DNA of 54,434 nt, the filler included, from Sphacelaria rigidula (lineage: Eukaryota), in assembly GCA_964200075.2 (NCBI GenBank). It is 5 parts of 5 records of this genome, joined end to end, with 100 filler letters (N's around TTAATTAATTAA, not from the genome) between each part and the next. Parts side by side here need not be neighbours in the genome. Positions count along the whole stretch, not along the records: positions 10,909 to 21,715 come from CAXNAA020005876.1; positions 21,816 to 32,622 come from CAXNAA020005877.1; 3 more parts are not named here. One strand, 5' to 3'. How positions within the stretch are numbered: position 1 is the first letter of the stretch; the number at the start of each line of letters is the position of its first letter. The position numbers were made by a program, and so were the translations under genes. The notes under the pieces were generated by a model that made no database searches, was not told where the DNA came from, and was given only the letters and a program-made list of their open reading frames with translations. Shown piece by piece: positions 11,797-22,751 of the stretch.

Positions 11797-12405
11797 GCCG
11801 GTCGCCCAGTGGCTCAGTTGGTAACCTCAAAACCTTGTGACGGTTGGGTCGTACGTTCGAATCTCGGAGCGATGTGGGATTCTGTCTCACACATTGCCCA
11901 GCAGTGGAAAGTGACTATGTCGTGGGTACACACAATTCGACTTCACAGTCGACGAGGGAAAGGGACTGCTGAACCACTCTCTCAATAAAAAATACGGAGT
12001 AACAGGCCAGGACCGCAGAAGAAAGGTAGAGGACTAAATACAAGTAAAAAAGGAAGAGACTCCTGTGTTGGCCTTCCTCCTGTGCGACCCCGGCTGGTGC
12101 ACCCACAAATACCGAAAGGTGTAGACCGGCGTCCAGAATAGATGGGACAACAACGCAACAACACACACAAACACGGTATACTCTGCTCTCTCTCTCGATG
12201 AAAAATACTTAGTAACAGACAAGCACCGCAAAAGGAAGGTGGAGGACTAAAAACAAATAAAAAAGGAAGAGATTCCTGTGTTGGCCTTCCTCCTGTGCGA
12301 CCCCGGCTGGTGCACCCTCAAATACCGAAAGGTGTAGACCGGCGTCCAGAATAGATGGGACAACAACGCAACAACACACACAAACACAGTATACTCTGCT
12401 CTCTC
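11797..12405 (+). mobile_element. tRNA-derived SINE with tandemly duplicated 3' half
   Basis: A box TGGCTCAGTTGG (11810-11821), B box GTTCGAATC (11855-11863), body, then a CAA/CA-rich tail; ~11977-12188 is repeated at ~12189-12405; second copy at 32931-33232 (-). Confidence 0.85.
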
Positions 12406-12989
12406 TTTCTTCTTCATCTTCCTCCTTTTCCGGGTTTCCTTTAGCGAGTTGTTCCGACTATTCCACCATGGGTATCCTATCCTGTCACCACTGCTGGGTT
12501 CGTAGCAGATCAGTTGAAGTAGTATGCGACAATCAATCAAGTACGGCTGATAGAAATCTTGGGCGTTGGAGCCTCTTTCTCGAGGTGATTCTTCGTGTGG
12601 CTCCATGTGGGTTTCGTTTTTTTGTGCCTTACTCTGTCGGGGTCACTTGCACGTTGACAGTCTTGGCAAGCATTGGCCTCGGGCATTGCTCAGTCACCTA
12701 CATCCCAGAGATCAATGATATTAAAACTATGGCATGCATAATGATGAGAACATCCCCCCTCCACCCCTACCTACATCCCAGAGCGCTCACGTGCATTGAA
12801 ATCGTCGGTAGCACAAAATAGTGTTGATCATGCTTTCATATCAGTAGACCTTCAGCTTTGGTCTAGAATCTACGGTTGACAGGATGACTACTTGATTTGA
12901 GTGTAAATACCAATGATCGGATCTTGAGCAGGGCTGAGAGCTCCTGGCTTGCCCAGAACATGTTTTTGTCCAAATCGGGACCTGCGGCG

Positions 12990-13105
12990 TCGATTTGAGG
13001 TCCGCCGAGGCATACTCTGCTTAGGAGTACCTTCGCACTACCCTCGCCCGAGGATTCTCGTAGGCCTTGGGTCGGGGCAGGGTTGGGGTTGGTGTTACGG
13101 TTAGT
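12990..13105 (+). repeat. Dispersed repeat ending in degenerate telomere-like (GGGTTN) hexamers
   Basis: Homologous to 39045-39180 (-); shared CCCGAGG.TTCTCG..GGCC core followed by GGGGCAGGGTTGGGGTTGGTGTTACGGTT. Confidence 0.6.
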
Positions 13106-13439
13106 TCGGAAAAATCAACCATAATTTTTCGACCAAAGCTAAAAGTCGCCTTCTTTATATGTGTGTGTCTACGTATACATCATGTATGTCTTGTGCGTTG
13201 TGTGTTTGCGCACGTGTGTGCGTGCATGTGTTTGCTTTTTTTTCGACCGAAAATTTACGCTGAACCACGACTTCGAAGGCTGCCGCTCGCGCGGATGTAG
13301 CGCTGGCACGCCTTGACCCTGGAAATCACTCACGCACCTGCATTCCAGAGCGCCTCTGTCAACTGGATTTGAAGGCAACGGTGTTGTGATAGCTTCGGCA
13401 AAGATGAAATGTGCATCCTGGCAAGACAACAACCAAGCA

Positions 13440-13477
<38 letters not shown>

Positions 13478-14666
13478 TGTCTGTGTGTTTTGCGGTGCTT
13501 TTTCCACCGGGAAAATGAGCGCCGATACGGTGTTCAAGGCTGCCGCTCGCTCGTTAACAGTACTGACAAGTCTTGACGCCTGGCATCGCTTAGTCACCTG
13601 TATCTCAGAACGCCTGTGTGAAGTGGATGAGTGGAAATCAGTGCTGCATTCGGCGTGATAGCTTCAGCCAAATAAAAATTGCTGTCCAGACAGTGCAGAA
13701 AGTACAGTTCAGTGCGGTACAGTTAGTATGGCCAGTATAGAACAACATATATATATATATATGTATGATGCTTGCGGCGCGGGAGACATGCGTCATTATT
13801 ATTATTTCTGAAATGTTGCTCAGCTGTTTGGTCGGTGATCATGCTACTTGTTTTCCCCCCAATATTGGATGATGACAATCGGATTCAGTAAACCTTAGCG
13901 AAACTGTACATGGAGGGTGCATTTGACCATGTCTCATTATTCGACCAACGGCGAACATGCGCGACTCCCATACATGCAACTTTTGGCAGCATATTCTTAC
14001 TGAACGTCGGTAATCGATCTTCGCCTTTTTGTTGTTGCACCCTGAGCTATTGGCGGGATACCTCTATGTAGTCGGTATGACAACACTCTCTCACGGCTTT
14101 TTTGTTACACTAGTCCGTTCACTCGTATTTTTAATTTTCTCTATTTCGAGCGCAAATGGCTTCTGATCGAAACGGCGACCGAGCGTCAGGGGGCGAACTT
14201 CGTCCACGCCTCGGTAGGCATGCTAACACAAATTATTATCGCAACGAGGACGCCGACAGACCGATACAGTGTGAGCACCTCGAATCGGGCGAAGTGCCAC
14301 GCATCTCTTACGTGTCACGGCTCTCTCGCTGTTCGCATGGAACGGCGGCGCAGAGCACGAAATGGTCCGTACTTCCGCCTCTTTTCGCAAAAAAGAAGCA
14401 ACTACGAGTGACCATCCGGGAGCGAGCTCCGTCCGCGCCATGGTAAACATGCAGACCATGTATATCCTTTCCGATAGCCCCCTTATTCCCACTCTCTCTG
14501 GAAAATGATACGAAAAAATTACAAACCTGCCTGCAATGCACGGACAAAACTGACAACAGTCGTGCCGATCCTTAGCGCGAGCGAAGAGCGGCAGCTAGTA
14601 GTATTGCCTCTATAATGGTTGTTCGTTCAGTTGCTATTTTGTGTTCCTTCTTTTCTCGTTAAACAG

Positions 14667-17600
14667 GCGAATTGCCATCCAACCTCAAGATTGACCCAGA
14701 GGTGGTGGAGCTTATAGAAGAAAATCGAGCGCTGGATTATGACGACGACCCTGAAAATGGCAACGAAGACGGGGAATCTGTTGCCGACGAAGTTGATGAA
14801 GAGGGAGAGCGGGAAGATGGTGAGAAAAGAACCGCGTGTAGCCAGCCCTGTTGGTCGCTGGAGAGGGCTAAATGTTTGGGTTTTGATTAGGTTGGCAATC
14901 ACGCCTGCCGTGTTCAAGCACTAACGTTTCAGCGAGACTAACAGGCAGTGAACGCAGCATAAAATGAAGCGGTAAACTTTCTGATCAGGCGGGGACAAAA
15001 ACGGGTCAGAGACCACCGGCATCACTACTCTCCCTTTATTTATCATTGTTTCCTGTCATTGAATGTGCTCGTCAGTTCTCTTTACATTGCTGCCGCCAAA
15101 CGACGTTGTGATTACCAACCCTCCCCCCTCTCTCTCAGACCTTTTTTGCTCGTCGCTGACTAACAGCCGAAATATTTTTACAGGTTTATCGTCTTGCAAT
15201 ATTTTTCCCGCTGCTGAGACTCAAACCGCTTTTTTTTTGTCGCAGTGCACTATACAAATAGACCGCTAAGTTTCTGCACTCTATTTTTCATCAAGTGAAA
15301 ATTGAGATTATGACATTAAACGAACAAAATCACCGACCTTCGGTAAGGGTCAAGGTCGACAGAGTGGTGCCATCTTGACTTGCTGAATACTACCCACGAC
15401 AGACGCAGAGGCGGCAGCTCTGGAACACACGCTGGCCCCCTTGGAAGAAGCACAGACGCGAGTTACGAACACAGGGATAGAAGAGGAAACACACGCTTTC
15501 CTGTACGCCAACACCGACACGGATGTCGAGGTGTTGTCTTGGACAGACGGGTCGATCGTGTCTACCAGGACTCTAGATCCCAGCGTCTTCGGGGTACCCG
15601 TCCGCCGAGATGTGGTGCACGACGTGATTCGGTGGCAGCTGGCCCGGCGCCGGAAGGGTAATGCTAAGGTCAGTAGTGTCAGGTAATCCGTGAGGATGTC
15701 TTGATGACTGTAGCGTATTGGAATGGTGAGTCTAGAGAATGCATAGGAAGGGATGGTCATCGTAAGTTTCGTTTTGTGAGGGAACACGAGTGGCACTCTG
15801 TGCCGCCCCCTTTCCTGCCTATCGCTAAACGACCCAAGAGGGTTTGTGCGAAAATCAGCGCCGAGGCTTGAGAAAGGAAAGTTTGAAACTGTTGAGGGAT
15901 ATGCTGAACTCCGTTGTTGGAAGCCAACGCGGAGGTGACGAATGTAGCCTACTCGCACAGGCAGAGCTGCCATAACGGCAACGCAAACGCGAACGGTGTT
16001 GTAGCCCACGCGAGTGAGAGGTCGGCCCATAGCACATGTAATATTGACAACAGAGGTCATGGTCAGAGAAAACCGACGTGGCACCCTTACGTGAATATGG
16101 CATCGCTTCCTCCCCTCAATATCTCGAAACAAAATATATTCAGAATGACACGGTACAGGGCGCGTACAGTGCTGCAATTGCATCAGCTCATTTCGCTGCA
16201 CTTGTGCTTCCGTTCACCCCACTTTTTATTATTTTTATTTGCTACACTTGGGTTGTAGCTGCATGGAAAAAATAATCCTCTACACAGCATTAATTCCTCT
16301 CTTCCCACAACCGATGCTTGTTGACATCGTTGTTCCTTTTATGTTGGGCGGAATCCAGACGAAGCGGATAGGGGAGATCCGGGGGTCTGGCCGGAAAGTC
16401 CGTCCTCAGAAGGGGCAGGGTAGGGCGAGAGCGGGACACAGTCGTCCCCCTCACTGGCGCGGTGGCGCAAAGGCGCATGGACCGCGCGTTCGCGACTGGT
16501 CGTACAAGCTCAACAAGAAGTTCAAAAAGCTCGGACTGAGGGTGAGTAAACAGGGACGTGACTAATTGCATGGGTGGTTGATTCATTTATGCTGATGCTC
16601 ACCGAATCCAGCGGTGTTCACGCGATATATGTACCCGAGGTGAAGAAATACGGGAAGGGTTTCAGAACGATAAATATATAAAAATAGTAGAACGAAGGGT
16701 AAGGTGAAGGAAGAAGGATGACAAATACTTGAAAAATGAATATCTATAATGAACAAAGGCGAATGAGAAGGAAATCGATCAGAAAGGAGAATGACGGAAT
16801 CATCGGACTGAGAAGCCTCTCGAGAGAAACTCCGAAAAGCTCTCCCCAACACATGCTCAAAACTAAGTACATAGCAGTGTACGGGTCAGCAGCGGTCAAA
16901 GTCGGTACATCGACTCAACAATTCTACTGTACAACAAGTAGTTGAGGGCGGATGTCGTGGGGATCGAGTCCCCCGACGTCGGAATGTTTCGAGCAGTTTC
17001 CGTTGCACGAGAACATAAGAACGCGACTTTGAAAAACGATACACATGTCAAATGGATTTGATGAAATGTGGAAGGACTGCCACAGTGCTAGTCCGATCTC
17101 AATGCTCGTTAGTGGTGAAGAAAAATGTGCGACGCAAGTACCGGGGGACTGATAGGTTCTGTACTGTCTATAATGATCTTGGGCTGAAAAGTCTACATAC
17201 CTCAAGCCAAATGTTATATCCACGCACCCAGCCTTATAGCATGATGGGTCACCTATTTCACTGGAGCGTTACTCTTCTGCAGTGTATACAACGTCAGAGG
17301 TGGTGGCTCCCATCCGTCTTGTCGGTGAGTAATCCAGCAGATTATGATGCACGCAGTTGACTTCCGTGCGCTTATCAACATCATCCCCCGCTCCCCTCGC
17401 CGAACACATCACGGCGCTTCACGCTTGATAATTGCGAGCATGGTCCGGCGATTGCCCGGCGTGCTCCTTCCCGACTTTGTAAGGATGCGAGGTCAATGGT
17501 CTCATGACGACGGCGTGGAAGATCATGAGTACCCCCCTCCCCTCCCCGACAACACGGGATTCAGCCCGTATTGCATCGACAACGCAAAAACTGGAAAAAG

Positions 17601-20551
17601 ACTTTCTTGTGAACAATCGGTTTCTTATACCAAAGTCTAATTATTCTAGTTATTTCGAGTGAAAATGAAAAATATCCTACGGAATATTGTCGATCGAATA
17701 AATTGTCCGTTTTCAAAGGTTGACTCCTGTACATGCTTCATGACGACTTATTCGCAATCCTAGTTCTTGCTGCTGAGTGTACACAAGCATGCTCTGAGGG
17801 AAATCGAGGCACGGAAAGGCCGAATATTTGGATTTGCAGGAATCGTAAACCTCTCCCCTGCCGCGCAATCCCCCTTTATTTTATTATGGCATCATCCTGG
17901 ATCTCTGGTATAACGGCGTTTGTTTTATTGGGGGCTGTGTCTTCTTTTCGCCGTGCCGTGGCTCAGTGTGCGCTGTCGGCAAGGCTGAGGGAAGGTAAAC
18001 TGAAGGTGGTCGACAACCTGGACTTCGAGACTTTCAGTACCTCCAACATGCTCCGGACTATGGAGGTATGGCTCATCTGACATGAACATGCGTAAGCTTG
18101 AAAATCGAGAATGTTGTCCAATGACTGTCGTTTACGCCGCATTCGCATGTTCCAGATGCTCGCTGCCGTTGTCATGATGACGCGAGTGGTGGCCGTACTG
18201 CGATCGCACGGGGCATCGCATGGTAGCTGGTCCCCCAACCTTTCCGGGAAACAGAAAAACATTGACGACGATAGGACAAACACCAAGCAATAAAATGGTT
18301 GGAGTGACAAGAGTGTTTATGCCTGCACTGTACATGGCCGTAAAGGCATAGGTCATTTTCCCAGCGATTTGAATTTCTCGGAGTGCAAACACTCACTACT
18401 TCCAACGGTTGGGAATCTGCGATATTGTTCTGAGCTCCTTTTGGCTCGCACATGCCACACTTCCTTTACCTCTCAAACCCCCTGTTTTTGTTTTGTTTAT
18501 ATTTTTTTCGTGTCTTATTTCGCCTCGGTTTTCGTTCACTCCTCTCTCTCTGGTGCTAGAATGTGCACTACTATGACTCACTAGCGCCGGATGTTTTTTT
18601 TATCGTTTTGATATATTATGCCGTGCGTGCTTGTGATCCTCCATTCTGGCCTTGGAACATCTTCGACAATGACTCTACTAGGCAAGAGGGATAGACCACA
18701 ACGTGCTGTTCATCGATAGGGAGAAGCCGCAGGAGAGTTTCATAAGATCTACGTCCAACATCGTGGGTACCAAGATCTTAGCGGCCATGGTGAGTGAGAA
18801 TGGTGACGTATCAGTTCTTATCCTGCTGTTGATATATTGGATGGGTTTCAGGCTGCAGGTGGCTGTGTCGAGAGAACTGGGGTGACCGTGGCAAGTATTA
18901 TGTAGGATCGCTTCTTTTGCTCATGACAGGCTTGAGCGGATTTCACCGGGCGTTCGATGCATATAGACACCATGCGGTTGATCGACGTATCTATCTTTTT
19001 TTATCGGTGCACTGGGTAATGCTGGCTCTCGTTTGCTTGCCCCATATTTATTTTTGTCGTGTATCAAAGAAACATGTCCAATTCACCATGATGTAATAAT
19101 GCACGTGTTTCCTGGTACAGTATGTATTCAATATATGTGTCGGGCGCTTTCCTTGGTATCTTCGTGGTCGCCGATTTTTCAAAGTTTTTTCGCTTGCCAC
19201 CGCTCATCACGGTGAACTGTTGATCCCAGAATTTTGTAGATCAGGGGATATTTTCATCTGCTGCACATTCCGAAGAAAAAAGGCATCTGTAATCAATGTT
19301 GAGCGACGCACGGGCTGCACGGTTGTGGGGGGTCCTGCGGCTACACAGCCCCAGGATCCGACTCTTCGGTATTTCCACTTGATGGAGCCAATCCGGACCG
19401 TTCTCGTGAACAAATAGGTGATGTTTAAATTTCTACTATTTCGATAGAGTCGGAAAACTGTGTTTTTTACCAGTTACGGCCAATAACATCCCCTGATAAA
19501 GGGAGCACCGACGTCACTCATCTATGTGTGAATTGCGTTATGAGCACGACCTGCGTTTTTCTAAAAATTCACCTACCCTAGCACTTTCGAGTGCTTTTGA
19601 GAAATATAGTATCCGAAATAATTCGAAAAATACCGAACGACGAAAATTTCCCAACTGAGATGTGTGTCATACAGGAGGCTCAGTCAATCCCGATCGTTCT
19701 CTTGAACAGTTAGACAGAACCATTTTTGTAGTCCTTCGTATTCGCGCTGGGGCCAAAAACTGTGCTTCGTGAACCAAAAACGGTCGATAATACCACTCAT
19801 CAATTTTCTCTAGTTGGACATTTTTTCGAGTTTTCTCGCATACTAACATCCATTAGCACTCGAAATTGCTGGAGCCGGTACATGTTTAGAAAAGAAGTAG
19901 GTCGTGCTCATGACACAATTCCCACATTGATGATGTCGGGGCGATACGGAGTAGAAGCGCCGTTTATCAGGGGGTATTATCGGCCGCGAGTGAAGAACGC
20001 AGTCTTTCGACTCTATCGCAATTTAAAGGTAGAAATTCAAACAGCAGTTTTGTGTGTTTGTTCACAAGAACGATCGGGATTGGCTCGATCGAGCGAAAAT
20101 ACCGAAGAATCAGAATCTGGGGCTGTACAGTCGCAGGCACTACGGGGACCGGTCAGCCCGTTCGTCGCTCAATATTGAGAACATGAATTCGTTTGTTTTC
20201 GGAATTTAAAAACAGATACTAATATCTCTCGATCTCCGTAAATTCTGGGATCAAACGTTCCCTGCGGTGAGCGGTAGCAAGCGAACGAACTTAGGAAAAA
20301 TCGCCAACTACGATGATCTTACAAAATCGCGAAACACAGATTTGACTTTACATCTTACTCTTATCTGATGAGTTGCCTCCCGACCTGCACTCGTTGTCCG
20401 TGTTGTGCTGGCTGCCCAACAAATGACCTGCGCGTGGGTCATGTCCGAAATGTCTCAGGGCGCGAATGTATACGACATCATCAAGCGGGATAACTTGGTG
20501 TTGACCGTCGGTGCGGTAGCCCACCTGGAGGAGGTGCTCAAGCCGCAGTAG
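14667..20551 (+). CDS. MRPL4: Organellar (probably mitochondrial) large-subunit ribosomal protein uL4, multi-exon, first exon not located
   Basis: Phase-consistent GT-AG exons 14667-14819, 15403(or 15409)-15668, 16359-16541, 17967-18065, 18682-18789 and 20459-20551 (TAG). Translation has the bacterial-type L4 signature [113 protein letters not shown]. Mitochondrial assignment is inferred, since red-lineage plastids usually encode their own rpl4. Confidence 0.93.
17396..17532 (+). mobile_element. C-run-associated element family C (intron of uL4 gene)
   Basis: ..GGTCCGGCG..CCCGGCGTGCTCC..GGATGCGAGGTCAATGGTCTCATGAC..GATCATGAGTAC then CCCCCTCCCCTCCCC; a similar C-rich stretch lies upstream. Confidence 0.8.
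19158..20317. mobile_element. ~1.16-kb non-autonomous DNA transposon / foldback element in last uL4 intron
   Basis: ~100-bp imperfect TIRs (19158-19260 vs 20211-20317) plus an inner inverted pair (AATCCCGATCGTTCT at ~19686 vs AGAACGATCGGGATT at ~20067); no transposase ORF. Confidence 0.7.
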
Positions 20552-21582
20552 TAGTAACGAAACGACCAATCAAACGAAATGCCCACATTTGTACTCGGGG
20601 GCAACCTCAGAGAGCATGCATGTGTTTTGAGATTAGGGGGTTGCTGTGACCTCAATGCTGTAGCCTAATAGGGCATTTCTCTTGTTATCTAGGTTTAGCT
20701 CATGCTTGGCAGTTATTACTTGTGGGGAGGTTTTTTGTTTCTGCTTTCCTCGTCTTGCCGTGTTGGAGAGCGTGTCCAAGACCCAGATGACACTAGACAA
20801 ATACTGTCTCGATTCGTGTGCTAAGCTTAACTGGAGCAATACTGAAAAAGGGGTGTGGCTCTGGTTTCCTTGGAGCTCCTTACATTTGGTGCGTTGCCGA
20901 AAGTACGGTGTTGATTGCTTGCTCGGGTGAGCAGGAGTCATACCTTGAATTAAGATCACCGTAAATTGCCTGTCCATACTGGGCGACAATCCGCTTGCTG
21001 GGGAGTTGCTGTTGCTGCTATATCCTGTTCGAATCTGTGCAGTCATGTGTGACTATGGGTTCACGAACATCAGCTGGTGAAAATCCCTAACCGCTTCGGG
21101 AACTCCCCCACCGGTGAGCTCCTCCGGAGACACCTGTCTCGTGGTAAAGCTTTCTGCTGTATAATCGTTTAGTTTGCTATTGTACCCGCAAGAGCAAACC
21201 GACACCGTCCGTACCCCCATCTGCATCCCGTGCCACGGCTCGCTATTTTGAAGTGTTTTCATTTATCTACGCCGCGCCGTGCCGTTCGTGCGTGCTGCCA
21301 CACCCTTTTGGAGGCGGGTGCTATCTTCCCTTGATCGGGGAAAGAAGTGCGGTTGCCCTTGCTTGTTTCGAATATTGCGCGTTAAGCATCAAGACACCAG
21401 TACAGGAGGCATCCTCTGAACTCGGAGACCCTTTCGCCGAAAACTCACTACCATTTCGCCAAGGTTTGCGGGCAAGGTTGGCGTTTTTGTTAGAAATTGT
21501 GTTTGTGTTAGTGGTGGTGGTGATCAGTAGCAATACCTGCGCACGCGGGCACAATCTAGTATATATATATATATATATATAA

Positions 21583-21715
21583 ATATTTCCCCTCTCACAC
21601 TTTGAATCCCTCCCCTTCCTCGGGATGGGTTCGTGGTCTCAAGGGATCAACCCAGCTCTCCCCCGGCACGTGCCTTTCATTTTGATCTCGCGGATTGGGT
21701 CAGCACTCCCGCACC
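21583..21715 (-). mobile_element. Family D SINE-like copy next to a (TA)n tract, cut by contig end
   Basis: Reverse complement matches 2463-2605. Confidence 0.7.
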
Positions 21716-21815
21716 NNNNNNNNNNNNNNNNNNNNNNNNNNNNNNNNNNNNNNNNNNNNTTAATTAATTAANNNNNNNNNNNNNNNNNNNNNNNNNNNNN
21801 NNNNNNNNNNNNNNN
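21716..21815. other. Artificial contig linker
   Basis: N44-TTAATTAATTAA-N44. Confidence 0.99.
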
Positions 21816-22545
21816 CTACGCATACCACGGTATGGGATACCCCGGTAAATACCGGGGGTACGCTCGGTACGGTACCTCACCTACGGTGCCCGCGAAAATC
21901 TTGACTACCCAACTTGCAACCAGATCTGAAACGCTTCGCAGTGCCAGATGACATTTTTGAATTCGATGTAGAGGGTAAGGCAGGTACCCGGTACCGGTAT
22001 TCGGGACATCTCATACCCTACCGATACCGACCCAATCCGGTATTTTCGAAACTCATACCTACGGTACTTACTATACCAGGGTATTTCGAGATTTCAATAT
22101 CTACCATACCCGCCAAATCCGGTATTTTCAAATGTCAGCCTACAACACCCACGATACCAGGGTATTTCGATATTTCAATACCTACGGTACCAGCCCAATC
22201 CGGTATTTTCAAATGTCAGCCTACAATACCCACGATACCAGGGTATCTCGAGATTTCAATACCTACCGTACCAGCCCAATCTGGTATTTTCAAATGCCAT
22301 ACCTACGATACGCACGATACCAGGGTATTTCGATATTTCAATACCTACCCTACCCGCCAAATCCGGTATTTTCAAATGTCATACCTACGATACCAGGATA
22401 TCTCGAGATTTCAATTCCTACCGTACCAGCCCAATCCGGTATTTTCAAATGCCATACCTACGATACCTACGCATACCACGGTATGGGATACCCCGGTAAA
22501 TACCACGGGTACGCACGGTACGGTACCTTACCTATGGTGCCTGTG
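21816..22545. repeat. ~81-bp minisatellite (about 5-6 units) bracketed by ~75-bp direct repeats
   Basis: Unit ACGATACCAGGGTATTTCGAGATTTCAATACCTACCGTACCAGCCCAATCCGGTATTTTCAAATG.. recurs over ~22020-22470; 21816-21890 is repeated at 22468-22541. Confidence 0.9.
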
Positions 22546-22751
22546 GAATATATGAATATATATATATATATATATATATGTATATCACAACCTGGACAAT
22601 AGATCACGTTATCAAATACTGCGCACAGTATGGAATATATTTCCTATTGGAATAACGGCCGATACTACTGCACGCCGTACACTTTGTGGGCAATGATATC
22701 AATTGTCCAGCGTGCTATTGATACACACATATATATATGCTCTCTGTTCAC

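Noticed and set aside
11797-11875. tRNA gene
   Set aside because: A and B boxes are present but there is no proper cloverleaf, and it continues into a dispersed body with a simple-repeat tail, so it is a SINE head.
14156-14446. Candidate first exon of uL4
   Set aside because: A phase-compatible donor exists at ~14214, but the peptide is not presequence-like and the segment contains internally repeated motifs typical of a repeat.
15350-16201. 283-aa minus-strand ORF
   Set aside because: Antisense to a uL4 exon and intron, with no recognisable protein features.
21914-22602. 213-aa and 156-aa repetitive ORFs, or a CRISPR-like array
   Set aside because: These are by-products of an 81-bp (multiple of 3) minisatellite. 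There are no unique spacers and no cas genes.
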